From Nitrososphaerales archaeon (GTDB lineage: Archaea; Thermoproteota; Nitrososphaeria; Nitrososphaerales; JACPRH01): a DNA stretch of 64,000 nt. Below the pieces are notes generated by a model, which was not told the DNA's origin, ran no database searches, and was given only the letters and a program-made list of their open reading frames with translations. The translations under genes were made by a program, and so were the position numbers. The number at the start of each line of letters is the position of its first letter. Position 1 is the first letter of the stretch. The stretch covers positions 5,351-69,350 of the forward strand of contig JASLOE010000001.1 of the NCBI GenBank assembly GCA_030745655.1, written 5' to 3'. Of the stretch, positions 1 through 10,043 are shown piece after piece.

Positions 1-1504
1 GAGTTACATTAAGCTTATAGTCATTACCGTTTTCAGCTAAGTTCAATATTTCTATTGCTAGCTTGTTGAGATTAGCATCAGGTTCAGTTACCGAAAGTAC
101 TGCAGGTACACTTGAAGCTGGAGCATAGCTCGCTGCATCAAATGCTACGGATGCTGCAGTCCTCGATAGACTAAATGATGTTTCTGAGTAATGACTTGCT
201 GTAATCGAAACAGGGTCATAGTAAGTGGCTGCAACAGAAGCAGCACTACCCATAGGCACTACTATACCAAGAGCAGCAGTACCGTTCCCTGAAAGGATCG
301 GAGTGTTGCCCGTAGCATTATGCGTAAAGGATACTACACCTGTGAAATTACCAGAACTTATTGCGGTTTCAGCAACAGTAAGGTCTCCAACTAAGGAGGT
401 TGTCCCTACTGTAATTGCGAGATGAACTGTGAAATTGCTTATTGCTGCAGTTGTTCCAGGAGTGTCTCTAGCTAGACCATTTAGATTTCTGTCTTCATCA
501 AGTAATTGTACTGTTACACCAGTAGTGAATGTTCCTGTTGATGAAAGAGCACTGATAACACCATCTGTAGATCTTATTTGAACATCTACAGAGCCTGGTG
601 AGGCTGTATTACCGGTATCGTCATCAGTTACTGCGACGGTTATTAAATCACCATGTGCTTCTGCAATGGTGGTTAAGCCGACGCTTAAGGTAAAGATTCC
701 TGTGTTTACCCCGGTCTCTGTGAAGTTACCCATCCCATTTACAACTGTCTGTGCTACCCCATTCAAACTAAGGGCTAGACTAGAATAGTTGTAGTTTCGT
801 AGGGCTGATGTATCTGCTACAGTTGGATCCAAGTTTTCAGTTGGATCTGTGACCGTGATAGACAAAGTTGCATTTATTGGTGCTGTAGATCGATCAGCTG
901 TGACACTTGCAGCTTTTGTGTTTGCATGAGCAAGTGTGACAGTTTCACTTCTTTCTTGATATGTAATCACTACAGCTGTATCAGCAGTAGCGACTGTGAA
1001 CATTTGGATGAATGGCCATTGACCAGAATCAGTACACGCTGTACTGTTTATGGCCTCATCGCCACCTTGGCAGGAAGATGCTGAAGGTGCAACAGATGGG
1101 ATACTTGATCCAACTCTGTACCTATCAGAATAACCTGCGCCTCCTTCACCACCGTCTCCACCGACCCTTGAGTCTGCAGTTACGTTAGCTATGTAGGCAA
1201 CAAATGTTCCCGCAATAGGGGTTTTAGTCATATTGATTACTTCTTGACCGGCAAGATCTGTAACGACTGAAGGGAATGAACCGGTAGCGATACCAGCATC
1301 AACAACCCTCACCTCGATTACATTATCTTCACCAAGTTGTGTCTGCGTTACACTCAAGTAGGAATTCGCAGCTGCTGCAGGCATAACTACAAGTGGTATT
1401 AGGCCTACAAACATGCTGGTTATGAGTATAGTCGCAAGTGCGAGTGATGTCGTTTTCGTTATAATGTTAGTTCGTACTTTATTATTTACTTTAAGAGAAT
1501 TCAT
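1..1504 (-). CDS. S-layer (SlaA-like) surface glycoprotein, 5' portion; continues off the left edge
   Basis: Hand translation from ATG at 1504 gives about 501 open codons: MNSLKVNNKVRTNIITKTTSLALATILITSMFVGLIPLVVMPAAAA signal peptide, GQWPFIQMF, ETGVNTGIF and DxDxN-type motifs, rich in Thr/Ala/Ser/Val. Absent from the ORF track because its stop lies outside the window. Confidence 0.8.
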   Translation of the reverse strand, partial: MNSLKVNNKVRTNIITKTTSLALATILITSMFVGLIPLVVMPAAAANSYLSVTQTQLGEDNVIEVRVVDAGIATGSFPSVVTDLAGQEVINMTKTPIAGTFVAYIANVTADSRVGGDGGEGGAGYSDRYRVGSSIPSVAPSASSCQGGDEAINSTACTDSGQWPFIQMFTVATADTAVVITYQERSETVTLAHANTKAASVTADRSTAPINATLSITVTDPTENLDPTVADTSALRNYNYSSLALSLNGVAQTVVNGMGNFTETGVNTGIFTLSVGLTTIAEAHGDLITVAVTDDDTGNTASPGSVDVQIRSTDGVISALSSTGTFTTGVTVQLLDEDRNLNGLARDTPGTTAAISNFTVHLAITVGTTSLVGDLTVAETAISSGNFTGVVSFTHNATGNTPILSGNGTAALGIVVPMGSAASVAATYYDPVSITASHYSETSFSLSRTAASVAFDAASYAPASSVPAVLSVTEPDANLNKLAIEILNLAENGNDYKLNVT

Positions 1505-1534
1505 ATTACGTTCTCGGCAACTTAGCTTTCAACA

Positions 1535-1555
1535 TCCATATTTAACGTTTATGGA
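1535..1555 (-). promoter_or_regulatory. S-layer gene promoter (BRE/TATA-like AAACG-TTAAATA) inside palindrome TCCATA-N9-TATGGA
   Basis: Minus strand reads TCCATAAACGTTAAATATGGA, about 30-50 nt upstream of the ATG at 1504. Confidence 0.5.
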
Positions 1556-1726
1556 CAATTCATCCATCTTTTAGGCTGAATTACCTCTATTTCAGCCCTC
1601 TTTGCCTGAAACTCCTTAATAAAGGCTCAGAATTATTCAAATACATATAAGGGTTATGGTTAGAGAATCCAGTAACCTCTTCCCACACCAAGAAAAATAA
1701 AAGTATCTATTAAATAATACACTGAT

Positions 1727-2260
1727 ATGCCACAAAAACCTAAAGAAAAAATCCTTAAAATAGAAACAATCTTCAATGGAAATATTATAAATTTACAGAA
1801 AAGAACTATCAAACTTCAATCTGGAATAACTATTCAAAGAGAAATAATAAAACATCCCGGTTCAGCAGCCATAATCCCTCTTATCGACAATGAAACCATA
1901 ATTCTAATAGAACAATACAGAAGTGCACTAGGTAAGGTAATACTTGAGATACCTGCAGGAACATTAGAACATGATGAACAACCAGTGGACTGCGCAAAGA
2001 GAGAACTTTTAGAGGAAACAGGGTATCAAGCAACCAACTTTAGAGAACTTCTTGTTAACTACACAACACCAGGATATAGCGATGAAAAAATGTACTTCTA
2101 CCTAGCAACAGATCTTATACATAAAGAACAAAAACTTGAAAGAGATGAAAATATTAGAACAAGAAAGATAAAGTTAGACGAGATAAACCTAATGATTAAG
2201 AATGGGGAAATAAGTGATATGAAAACGATATGTGGAATATCTAGATTAATCTCTGAATAA
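1727..2260 (+). CDS. NUDIX hydrolase (ADP-ribose pyrophosphatase-like)
   Basis: Nudix box GTLEHDEQPVDCAKRELLEETGY, plus HPGS, QYR and TPGYSDE motifs. Confidence 0.9.
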   Translation: MPQKPKEKILKIETIFNGNIINLQKRTIKLQSGITIQREIIKHPGSAAIIPLIDNETIILIEQYRSALGKVILEIPAGTLEHDEQPVDCAKRELLEETGYQATNFRELLVNYTTPGYSDEKMYFYLATDLIHKEQKLERDENIRTRKIKLDEINLMIKNGEISDMKTICGISRLISE

Positions 2261-2265
2261 CAAGA

Positions 2266-3435
2266 TTATACAAACGGATTTTCCCATTTTAGAATGACGT
2301 CAGCAACCTCAGGTCTAATCATTTCAGGAGGAGGTTTTTCACCTTTCAGTAGTATATCCCGAAGCTTGGTACCACTAAACTCCACCCTAACTTCAGGATC
2401 TGGGCATTCTAAATTCTGCGCAGGAGCATGTGGACAAGTTTTATCATTAGCTGAACTTCCACACGTTCTACAATAGAAGAATGATGGAAAAAATAGAGGA
2501 GATATACCTAAATCTGGAAACTTTTCAAAAATTTCTTGAGCTGCATACGGAGGATAGAAATTACCTACCCCGGCATGATCACGTCCCAAAATAAAATGAG
2601 TACAACCATAATTCTTCCTAATTATCGCATGAAAAATAGCTTCTCTAGGTCCGGCATATCGCATCTCAGTTTGAAGAATTGCTAACATTGCACGTTCCTT
2701 AAGATAATAATTATCTATTAGCACACGGTATGTTTGTAGAATTACTTCATCCTTAAAATCACCGGGTTTTTTTCTTCCAATTACTGGATTAATAAAAAGT
2801 CCATCCACAAATGTGAGAGCAGTTTTTTGAACATACTCATGACCCACATGCGGAACATTCCTAGTTTGAAAACCTACAATAGTTTTCCATCCCCTATCAT
2901 CAAAAGATTTTCGAGTTTCAGCAGGAGATAAATGATATCTCGGATACAGAGACTTAGGAGAATCAACTAGATTTATTGTTCCACCCAACAAAATATCTTT
3001 GAGTTTAAAGGCTTCAGTAACTCCAGGGTGATGCATATCAATAGTTCCGTATACTTTTTCAGCTAACTCTTTTTTATTGAATGAATATTTATCTTTAACA
3101 TCCATTGTTGCAATAAATTGGTCACCGGAGCTTAATCTCACAGTATCCCCTATAGATACTTTTTTGGCTTCTTCATCGGCGATATCAAGAATTATAGGGA
3201 TAGTCCAAGCCTTATCATTATTTAATCGCATAGAATCCATTACATTATCAAGGTCATTTTGAACTAGAAATCCTTCAAGTGGACTATAGACACCTGTTGC
3301 TATATTTTCAATCTCTTTTACTCGCCGTTGATTTACTTTTATTTCTAATAGCTCGTTTTTTTCATTTATTAGTTTCTCTTTTACATCATCTTTCAAAACT
3401 CTGTTAATTAGATTTCCACCATGCGGGTTAATCAT
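2266..3435 (-). CDS. sat: Sulfate adenylyltransferase (ATP sulfurylase)
   Basis: PHGG N-terminus, YSPLEGF, FQTRNVPHVGHE, YAGPREA, GRDHAG, Zn-binding CxxC...CPH. Confidence 0.95.
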   Translation of the reverse strand: MINPHGGNLINRVLKDDVKEKLINEKNELLEIKVNQRRVKEIENIATGVYSPLEGFLVQNDLDNVMDSMRLNNDKAWTIPIILDIADEEAKKVSIGDTVRLSSGDQFIATMDVKDKYSFNKKELAEKVYGTIDMHHPGVTEAFKLKDILLGGTINLVDSPKSLYPRYHLSPAETRKSFDDRGWKTIVGFQTRNVPHVGHEYVQKTALTFVDGLFINPVIGRKKPGDFKDEVILQTYRVLIDNYYLKERAMLAILQTEMRYAGPREAIFHAIIRKNYGCTHFILGRDHAGVGNFYPPYAAQEIFEKFPDLGISPLFFPSFFYCRTCGSSANDKTCPHAPAQNLECPDPEVRVEFSGTKLRDILLKGEKPPPEMIRPEVADVILKWENPFV

Positions 3436-3597
3436 CTGAAATTACACCTACTTTACTCTCAAATATCTTACAGTTCAATTAGTAAACACCAATCATATCC
3501 ATCCGAATATTTCAGCATATATATAACTATAGTTATAATCATCATTAATAAACAAACTCTTTATGTGTTGCCTGCACATAGTATAGATGAGATAAAG

Positions 3598-3840
3598 TTG
3601 CCGATTTCATTCGTTCTTGTAAATAGTGATCCTGAAGTTGAGGAAGAACTGATGGAAGATCTAATAAAAGTAGAAGGAGTTAAAGAGGTTCATTCAGTCT
3701 ATGGAATATATGATTTTATTGTGAAAGTTGAAGCTGAATCTCTAGAAGAATTGAAAAACACAATAACTTGGAAAGTTAGAAGGTTAAGCAAAGTTAAAGC
3801 TAGCGTAACAATGGTTGTCGCTCAATCCCGTACATCTTAA
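3598..3840 (+). CDS. Stand-alone Lrp/AsnC ligand-binding (RAM) domain protein
   Basis: From TTG 3598: PISFVLVN...EVHSVYGIYDFIVKVEA. The upstream part of ORF 3421 overlaps sat and looks non-coding. Confidence 0.85.
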   Translation: MPISFVLVNSDPEVEEELMEDLIKVEGVKEVHSVYGIYDFIVKVEAESLEELKNTITWKVRRLSKVKASVTMVVAQSRTS

Positions 3841-3968
3841 AAAGAGATAAAATATTAATACTTGATTTTTCATAACATTCTAAATACAGAATTTAATAAT
3901 TCAATTAAGGATAACTGAGACAACAATATTGTATCAATTCCCATTTGCTAAGAATTGCAATACTTATT

Positions 3969-4685
3969 TTAGTCTAATTTTGCTTCAATCAGTGCACCCC
4001 ATTTTGTCCACATTTCGTCTTTAAAACCACCACCCTCTGGAAGTTTAGAGACATTTACATTATTCTCTGGAATCAATTCTTTTAATAACGCCTCATAGTT
4101 CCTCCGCCAGTGTCTCTCGTAAACTCCAAGAGAATTTTGTGAGTCAAAAGAATGCCACTCTACAAAATAAATTCTCCGCCGAGCAATTCTGACCATATCA
4201 TTCACTACTTTCCTAATTTTATCTGGACCAATATACATCAGAACCGCATCTGTAAACACAATATCAAAACTATCATTCAAAAACGATTCGAGATCATCTG
4301 CTTTTCCCACTGATAGCTTTACGTTCAATTTACCTTCTTGTTTTAACCATTCGTTTCCGTTTTTTACCGACCATTTGTTGATATCTACACCAGATAAATC
4401 TGCTTCCGGAAATTTCTCAGAAAGCAGATATAAATTAGGTCCATCGCCGCAACCTACTTCAAGCAAATTCTTAATTTTACGAAATTTTGAGATTTTCGCA
4501 ACAAGAAAGCCTCGATGGGGATGATTTAGGGTAGTGGAACCACTTGCATAAGAAGAGGATTGGGAAGCCCATCGTCTCTCTTCAAATTTTGTACCAACAA
4601 GAAATCCTATAATTGACATGAAACCACGGTAAGTCCACCTCACAATTCGATACATTATGGCATACCTTCTTAGAAAAGATATCAA
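3969..4685 (-). CDS. Class I SAM-dependent methyltransferase
   Basis: LLEVGCGDG, GVDIN and SFDIVFT motifs. Confidence 0.85.
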   Translation of the reverse strand: MISFLRRYAIMYRIVRWTYRGFMSIIGFLVGTKFEERRWASQSSSYASGSTTLNHPHRGFLVAKISKFRKIKNLLEVGCGDGPNLYLLSEKFPEADLSGVDINKWSVKNGNEWLKQEGKLNVKLSVGKADDLESFLNDSFDIVFTDAVLMYIGPDKIRKVVNDMVRIARRRIYFVEWHSFDSQNSLGVYERHWRRNYEALLKELIPENNVNVSKLPEGGGFKDEMWTKWGALIEAKLD

Positions 4686-4709
4686 TTGTTATCTCAATCT
4701 AGTTAAATT

Positions 4710-5816
4710 TCAATTATAGAAGTTGTGAAGAGAATCAACAACAAAGCCAACATCAGAATCACTGAGCTCAGGGTGCAACGGAAGTGAAAGAACTTCACGA
4801 GAAATCTGTTCTGTTAAAGGTAGATTAAAGTGATCTAAATTCAGAGCTTTGTGTTTATGAAGAGGTTTAGGCCAAGAAACTAAAATTTCTATCCCTTGAT
4901 TGCGAAGATAGGCCACAAGTTCGTCCCGATTATTGGAACGGATCACATAATTTTGATAGACATCATAAAAGTTACCTTCGTTTGGTGCAGGAGGCAATTG
5001 CAACGAAGCTAGGTCGGATAACCCTTCATGGTAGAGGTTTGCTATTTCTCTTCGTCGTTCTATCCATTTGGGTAGGTGATTTAGCTTAATTTTCAGAATT
5101 GCGGCATGTAAATTATCAAGGCGACTATTGAAACCATGAAACAGAAATGCTCCGGTTTCTCTATCTTGGCCATGATCTCTAAGCAAGAATAACTTCTTGG
5201 CGATTTCCTTGTTATTTGTAACTATCATTCCACCATCTCCAAGAGTTCCTAAGATTTTTGCAGGATAGAAGCTGAAACAACCTGTCAAGCCAAAACTACC
5301 AGCTCTACGTCCTTTGTATCGTGCGCCTACTGCTTGTGCAGCATCTTCAATAATATGGAGACCATGATCAGATGCTATTTTCATTATCGTATCCATATCA
5401 CAGATTCTACCATTAAGATGAACAGGAATAATGCCTTTTGTTTTCTCTGTAATTGCTGCTTCAATACAACTTACATCAATATTATGATATTGGTCGATAT
5501 CAACAAGAACTGGCTTTGCATTACATTGAGAAATTGTTGATACTGTTGCAGCAAAAGTATGAGATACTGTAATTACTTCATCACTTTCAGTAATATTAGC
5601 AGCTTTTAATGATAAAAAGAGAGCATCTGTTCCGTTCGCAACTCCTATAGCATACTTTACATCCAAGAACTTGGCGAAATTCTTTTCGAATTCTTTAAGA
5701 TGCCTTCTAAGGATATAGTCACCACCAATTAGCACTTCCTGAATAACAGAATCAACCTCCGATTTGATCTTTCTATAGTGCTCAGGAAAATCTACAAAAC
5801 GGACTCGATACCCCAT
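4710..5816 (-). CDS. DegT/DnrJ/EryC1/StrS PLP-dependent sugar aminotransferase
   Basis: VANGTDAL, IIPVHLNG, IEDAAQA, SFYPAK (PLP lysine), GDGG, NSRLD. Confidence 0.95.
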   Translation of the reverse strand: MGYRVRFVDFPEHYRKIKSEVDSVIQEVLIGGDYILRRHLKEFEKNFAKFLDVKYAIGVANGTDALFLSLKAANITESDEVITVSHTFAATVSTISQCNAKPVLVDIDQYHNIDVSCIEAAITEKTKGIIPVHLNGRICDMDTIMKIASDHGLHIIEDAAQAVGARYKGRRAGSFGLTGCFSFYPAKILGTLGDGGMIVTNNKEIAKKLFLLRDHGQDRETGAFLFHGFNSRLDNLHAAILKIKLNHLPKWIERRREIANLYHEGLSDLASLQLPPAPNEGNFYDVYQNYVIRSNNRDELVAYLRNQGIEILVSWPKPLHKHKALNLDHFNLPLTEQISREVLSLPLHPELSDSDVGFVVDSLHNFYN

Positions 5817-5820
5817 TTTA

Positions 5821-6795
5821 TTACGACACCAATTCTCTAATCTTTGAAATTATTGTCTTAGATGTCGGATAATAAACTCCTTCCAAAGAAGAACTTGCTG
5901 GGGCAGGTGAATCTGGCAACGAAACACGCATAATAGGAGTTTTAAGATACTTGAATGCTTCATTCCCCACTATTGAAGAAACCTCTGCACCAATACCGGA
6001 ACTTGGCCAACTTGCATCAACCACGATAAATCTGCCTGTTTTTTTTACTGAATTTATTAAAATGTCCTTATCTAATGGTTTTACAGAACGCATATCAATA
6101 ACTTCAGTCTCGATTCCTTCATCGGCAAGGCTATCAGCAGCTTTAATCACCTCACCCACCATATATGAAGTTGCAGCTATTGTTACATCTTTTCCATTTC
6201 TTCTTAAAGCCCCTTCTCCTATTGGAACATTAAATAGTTCCTCAGGCACATCATCTTCACTCTCGTAAAGCCAACGATCATCAATATAGATAACAGGACC
6301 ATCATCCTCAACTGCTGAATTTAGGAGACCTTTGGCATCGTAAGCTGAACTAGGCATCACAACTTTTAATCCAGGAATATGTGTAAACATAGCTTGCAAA
6401 CTTTGAGAATGCTGAGCAGCTTGTTCGCCTCCTCTATTTATAATAGTCCAAACGGTCAACGGAACATTCAGCTGACCACCAAACATATAATGCCAACTCC
6501 CAGCGTGATTAATCAATTGATCCATAGCATAATGCATAAAATCCATTCTCGGAAAGAGCAAAACTGGACGCATACCTGCCAAAGCTGCCCCTATTGCCAC
6601 ACCTGTAATGCCGTTTTCAGAAACTGGAGTATCGATAACTCGATTAGAACCAAATTCACTTAGAAGCCCGGTAGTTGTACATCCAACATACCATGGACTA
6701 GTAATTCCTTGACCAATTAAGAATACTCGATCATCCTTCTTCATTAGCTGACGCAAAGTTTGATTTATCGATTTATTATATTGAATTCTTGTCAT
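5821..6795 (-). CDS. TPP-dependent 2-oxoacid dehydrogenase E1 beta-like subunit
   Basis: DTPVSENG, GMRPV, AAQHSQS, PGLKVV, IDMRSVKPLD. Confidence 0.9.
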   Translation of the reverse strand: MTRIQYNKSINQTLRQLMKKDDRVFLIGQGITSPWYVGCTTTGLLSEFGSNRVIDTPVSENGITGVAIGAALAGMRPVLLFPRMDFMHYAMDQLINHAGSWHYMFGGQLNVPLTVWTIINRGGEQAAQHSQSLQAMFTHIPGLKVVMPSSAYDAKGLLNSAVEDDGPVIYIDDRWLYESEDDVPEELFNVPIGEGALRRNGKDVTIAATSYMVGEVIKAADSLADEGIETEVIDMRSVKPLDKDILINSVKKTGRFIVVDASWPSSGIGAEVSSIVGNEAFKYLKTPIMRVSLPDSPAPASSSLEGVYYPTSKTIISKIRELVS

Positions 6796-6813
6796 TGATG
6801 AAACTCCTCTGAA

Positions 6814-7803
6814 TTAGCTAACTTTGAAAACATAATCAAGTAGACTTTCTTCCTGTGGAAATGGACTGTTCTTTGCAAACTTCAAGGATTCATCTACTTC
6901 TTTTTCAATTTCACTACGAATACTAAGCATTTCTGATTTTGAAAGAAAATTATTATCTAACAATTTCTTTTCCAGTCGTTTGATTGGGCCTTTTTCTTTC
7001 CAAAATGCTAATTCTTCTTTACTTCTGAGTCCTGTATTCAAATCATCATTAGGACCGACATGCCCACGCCACCTGTAAGTCATGCATTCGATCAAAGTAG
7101 GCCCTTCTCCTTGTCTAGCAGTATCTACTGCTTTTTTGGCTACTTTGAAAACTTCGGTTACATCATTCCCATCAACTTGAATTCCAGGTATTCGAAATAT
7201 CTCGGCTTTCTTCCTGATATCTGTGTCAGCTAAATGATCAGAAATGTGGACATGAGTAGAATAAAGGTTATTCTCACATACAAAAACAATAGGCAACTTT
7301 TTGAGTGCTGCAAAATTAAGAGATTCATACCAAACTCCCTCATTAGTAGCACCATCACCGAAGAAAGCAACCGAAACATTATCAGTTTTCCGAATTGAAA
7401 AAGATAAAGCTGCACCCACAGCAAGAGGAATAGACCCAGCCACAATTGCGGAACTCCCGATAAAACCCATTTCTGGAAAAGAGAGATGCATGGATCCGCC
7501 TCGTCCCTTGGAGCAACCTGTTACTTTACCGTAAAGTTCTGCCATCAAAGCATCCAAATTACAACCCTTAGCAATATAATGACCGTGAGAACGGTGTGTG
7601 CTGAAAACGTAATCATCAGTTCTAAGGGCAGCACATACCCCTGTTGCAATAGCCTCTTGTCCAATATATAGATGGCAAGGACAAATTATCTCATTTTTTC
7701 TAACAAGATCTCCAACCTTTTCCTCAAATAATCGGATCCTAAGCATAGATTTATACATAGCCTGCAATTGATTTAATGATAAATGCACCGTTCTTTCAGT
7801 CAT
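6814..7803 (-). CDS. TPP-dependent 2-oxoacid dehydrogenase E1 alpha-like subunit
   Basis: HLYIGQEA, HRSHGH, GRGGSMH, TPP motif GDGA...ENN, TYRWRGH. Confidence 0.9.
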   Translation of the reverse strand: MTERTVHLSLNQLQAMYKSMLRIRLFEEKVGDLVRKNEIICPCHLYIGQEAIATGVCAALRTDDYVFSTHRSHGHYIAKGCNLDALMAELYGKVTGCSKGRGGSMHLSFPEMGFIGSSAIVAGSIPLAVGAALSFSIRKTDNVSVAFFGDGATNEGVWYESLNFAALKKLPIVFVCENNLYSTHVHISDHLADTDIRKKAEIFRIPGIQVDGNDVTEVFKVAKKAVDTARQGEGPTLIECMTYRWRGHVGPNDDLNTGLRSKEELAFWKEKGPIKRLEKKLLDNNFLSKSEMLSIRSEIEKEVDESLKFAKNSPFPQEESLLDYVFKVS

Positions 7804-7821
7804 AAAAAAGAGCCTTCTTGC

Positions 7822-8784
7822 TCAAAGTGTTATTCGTTCTTCTGTTCCAAAATATTTATACTGCTGAATGAAAGTTTTTAATCCTTCTTTTATACCTATT
7901 TTTGGAGTCCATTTAAGAATCTCATTTGCTTTATTTGCGTTAGCTATGAGTCTGTCGACCTCTCCTACCCTCGGGGAAACATTTACGGGTTTTAGGTTAC
8001 TACTTTTCCCACATAACTCAATAATCAAATTTGCAAGATCTAAAATAGATATTTCTTTACCAGTTCCAAAATTGATTGGTTCTGAAAGAGGCTTTTCATA
8101 TTTGAAGAGCAAATCGTATGCGCGCACGACATCATCTATATGAGTATAATCACGTGTCTGAGAACCAGTTCCATAAATAATTGGAGGAAAATTGCTCAAA
8201 ATCCTCCTAGTGAATATTGAAATAACACCACCGTAACCAACAGACTTCTGTCGTGGCCCATAAACGTTAAACATGCGGGGAATAACTACATTCAATCCAT
8301 AAGTTTTAGCATATGCATAACATAGCCTATCAGCAGCAATTTTACTTGCACCGTAAGGGTGTGGAGCATTTAAGGGATGCTTTTCATCAATGGGAGCATA
8401 CATTGCTGAACCATATACTTCACTTGTTGAGGCGTGGATAACTTTTTTGACATCATAAAGCCTGGCCATCTCTAGAATATTTTGGGTCCCCATAATATTA
8501 ATATCAAAAGTAAGCTTAGGTTCAACATATGACCTATCCACATGGATTTGTGCAGCAAGATTCAATATGGAATCTACGTCTTTAATGACCCGATCAAGAA
8601 GATCAGAATCTCTAATATCACCTTTTACAAGCTTAAAATTCTTATAATCGAGTAAATGCTTGATATTTGTTAGACTACCACTTAGAAAATTATCAAGACA
8701 TATCACTGTATGGCCTTCTTTGATATACTTCTCGCAAAGACTACTTCCAATAAAACCAGCTCCACCAGTTATCAGTAACTTCAT
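7822..8784 (-). CDS. NAD-dependent nucleotide-sugar epimerase/dehydratase (extended SDR)
   Basis: ITGGAGFIG, AAQIHVDRS, STSEVYG, YGASK, FNVYGPRQ. Confidence 0.92.
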   Translation of the reverse strand: MKLLITGGAGFIGSSLCEKYIKEGHTVICLDNFLSGSLTNIKHLLDYKNFKLVKGDIRDSDLLDRVIKDVDSILNLAAQIHVDRSYVEPKLTFDINIMGTQNILEMARLYDVKKVIHASTSEVYGSAMYAPIDEKHPLNAPHPYGASKIAADRLCYAYAKTYGLNVVIPRMFNVYGPRQKSVGYGGVISIFTRRILSNFPPIIYGTGSQTRDYTHIDDVVRAYDLLFKYEKPLSEPINFGTGKEISILDLANLIIELCGKSSNLKPVNVSPRVGEVDRLIANANKANEILKWTPKIGIKEGLKTFIQQYKYFGTEERITL

Positions 8785-9902
8785 CGTGTACTCCTTTTAG
8801 ATAAAACCTCATAAAGGTTTTCCATCTTTGCCATCTCTTTCAAATGATTTAGTTTCTTGTTAATGATGTCTTGGTTTATTTCCCCAAATTTGGTCCGTTC
8901 TTTTTCATGATCAATTAGATAGATAATATTTTCAGCTAATGAGTTAGTATCTTTGGCAGCAAATAGAAATCCATTAACCCCATTCTCCACCCATTCCTTA
9001 TTATCTCCAAAATCAGTTATAATAACTGGTACACCACAAGCCATTGCCTCTGCCGTACTTGCAGCTAACCCTGCATCTGATAATGATGAAGATACATATA
9101 TGTCAGATGAAGCAAGATATTTCGCGACTTCCTTGTTTGGAATTGAACCTATAAAGCAAATATTCTGGGAAACTTGAAGTTTTTCAGCTAACCCCCTAAG
9201 AAACATCTCTTGTGATCCTTCTCCAACAACCACAAACTTTGCTTTTGGAACTTTCTTTAACACTATCCTTACTGATTTAATTAAAGTTTCAACATCATAG
9301 ATAGGTTCCAGATTTCTAAGACTTATAATAATAGGTGAATTATCAAAAGTAAATCTTGCTCTTAATTCGGTACTTCTTTGCTTTGGATTAAATATCTGAG
9401 TATCTGTTCCAAAGTATATCAAATGTATTTTTGAATGAATTACTCCGAACTTTTCCAAAGATTTTATCATATGTTTTGCATCGCAGGTGATAAGATCTGC
9501 CTTTTTCAAAGCATATTGCACCATATATCGGAGTATTCGAAATTGACCTGGATTAATCAAGATATCTGATCCCCAAGTAGTTAAGATCATTGGATGATAA
9601 TTTGTTAATGCTGCAATGAATCCATAATGAGATGCATAATGTGCATGAACTATATCAGGCATTTCTTTCGCTAATATTCTTCTTACACTCAGAATTGTAA
9701 ATGGAGAGAAAACATATCTAAAAGCAGAATCTTTACCAGCTAAAGGCATAGGTATTTCCCCAACTAACTTATACTGTTTAATACCCATTTCATCATTCAG
9801 TTCGCTTGTTATTGCAAACACGTCATGCCCCCTTTTCTTGAAGTAATTGATCCATCTGATAGTGTGACAAGATTTACAATCAGCAAAATAGGCAATTTTC
9901 AT
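8781..9902 (-). CDS. Glycosyltransferase family 4
   Basis: DIVHAH, WGSDI, EAMACGVPVI, NGFLF. Confidence 0.9.
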   Translation of the reverse strand: MKIAYFADCKSCHTIRWINYFKKRGHDVFAITSELNDEMGIKQYKLVGEIPMPLAGKDSAFRYVFSPFTILSVRRILAKEMPDIVHAHYASHYGFIAALTNYHPMILTTWGSDILINPGQFRILRYMVQYALKKADLITCDAKHMIKSLEKFGVIHSKIHLIYFGTDTQIFNPKQRSTELRARFTFDNSPIIISLRNLEPIYDVETLIKSVRIVLKKVPKAKFVVVGEGSQEMFLRGLAEKLQVSQNICFIGSIPNKEVAKYLASSDIYVSSSLSDAGLAASTAEAMACGVPVIITDFGDNKEWVENGVNGFLFAAKDTNSLAENIIYLIDHEKERTKFGEINQDIINKKLNHLKEMAKMENLYEVLSKRSTR

Positions 9903-10043
9903 TTACTCATCATTTATTCCTAACAGACCACTAATATTTGGTGACACGATTTATAACATTATGCGAACTGAGATCATCAATAAAGAATTTCCAACTCCCT
10001 TAAAAAGATGTTTTTATCTTCAGTGGATGTGCTGACATAAACT

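Noticed and set aside
225..425. 66-aa plus-strand ORF, and the many other short antisense ORFs in the track (e.g. 25017-25490, 56474-57046, 63624-63929)
   Set aside because: They are shadows of well-supported genes on the opposite strand and carry no motifs of their own.
2266..3435. sat as evidence of dissimilatory sulfur metabolism
   Set aside because: No aprAB, qmo or dsr genes are in the window.
5821..7803. E1 pair as the cell's pyruvate dehydrogenase
   Set aside because: No E2, E3 or lipoylation genes are in the window, and the pair is embedded among sugar-modifying genes.
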